Positions 63,977-64,000 of a stretch of 64,000 nt of DNA are shown here, in pieces (position 1 is the first letter of the stretch; every line of letters begins with the position of its first letter). The position numbers and the translations under genes were made by a program. The stretch is from Methanotrichaceae archaeon (GTDB lineage: Archaea; Halobacteriota; Methanosarcinia; Methanotrichales; Methanotrichaceae): NCBI GenBank assembly GCA_963754945.1, contig CAVWIG010000015.1, positions 32,001 to 96,000 on the forward strand, in the 5' to 3' direction. Under the pieces are notes generated by a model that was not told the origin of the DNA, searched no databases, and was given only the letters and a program-made list of their open reading frames with translations.

Positions 63977-64000
63977 TAGTAGCACTTATCGACTAGCATC

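Overview
Archaeal methanogen DNA. The mmp10, atwA, Rpp21, FDR/methanoredoxin and pycB genes and the families of secreted hypothetical proteins suggest a Methanothrix-like member of the Methanosarcinia (inference). Left to right: a cooS-cooF-fdhF-FeS redox cluster; a repeat-rich membrane protein; an EEP-nuclease gene whose 3' end recurs twice downstream, interleaved with toxin-antitoxin cargo; a voltage-sensor-like/CorA-ZntB fusion gene shattered by an IS256-bounded inversion and an IS110 that carries a bridge-RNA-like leader; housekeeping genes; a CHAT-STAND-TPR protein; a decayed mobile island (IS701-like, integrase, IS5 remnant, IS630); an IS66-split hybrid histidine kinase; and a metal/Fe-S cluster (nikM/cbiM, Mrp, DUF134, atwA, FrhB-like, an unannotated 39-aa His/Cys peptide, CDF-NifX, two NifX genes) with a shared promoter motif. 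There are eight full-length-looking IS copies plus remnants. I found no rRNA, tRNA or CRISPR array. Many single-base frameshifts, including one in atwA, suggest residual sequencing errors, so those pseudogene calls are provisional.
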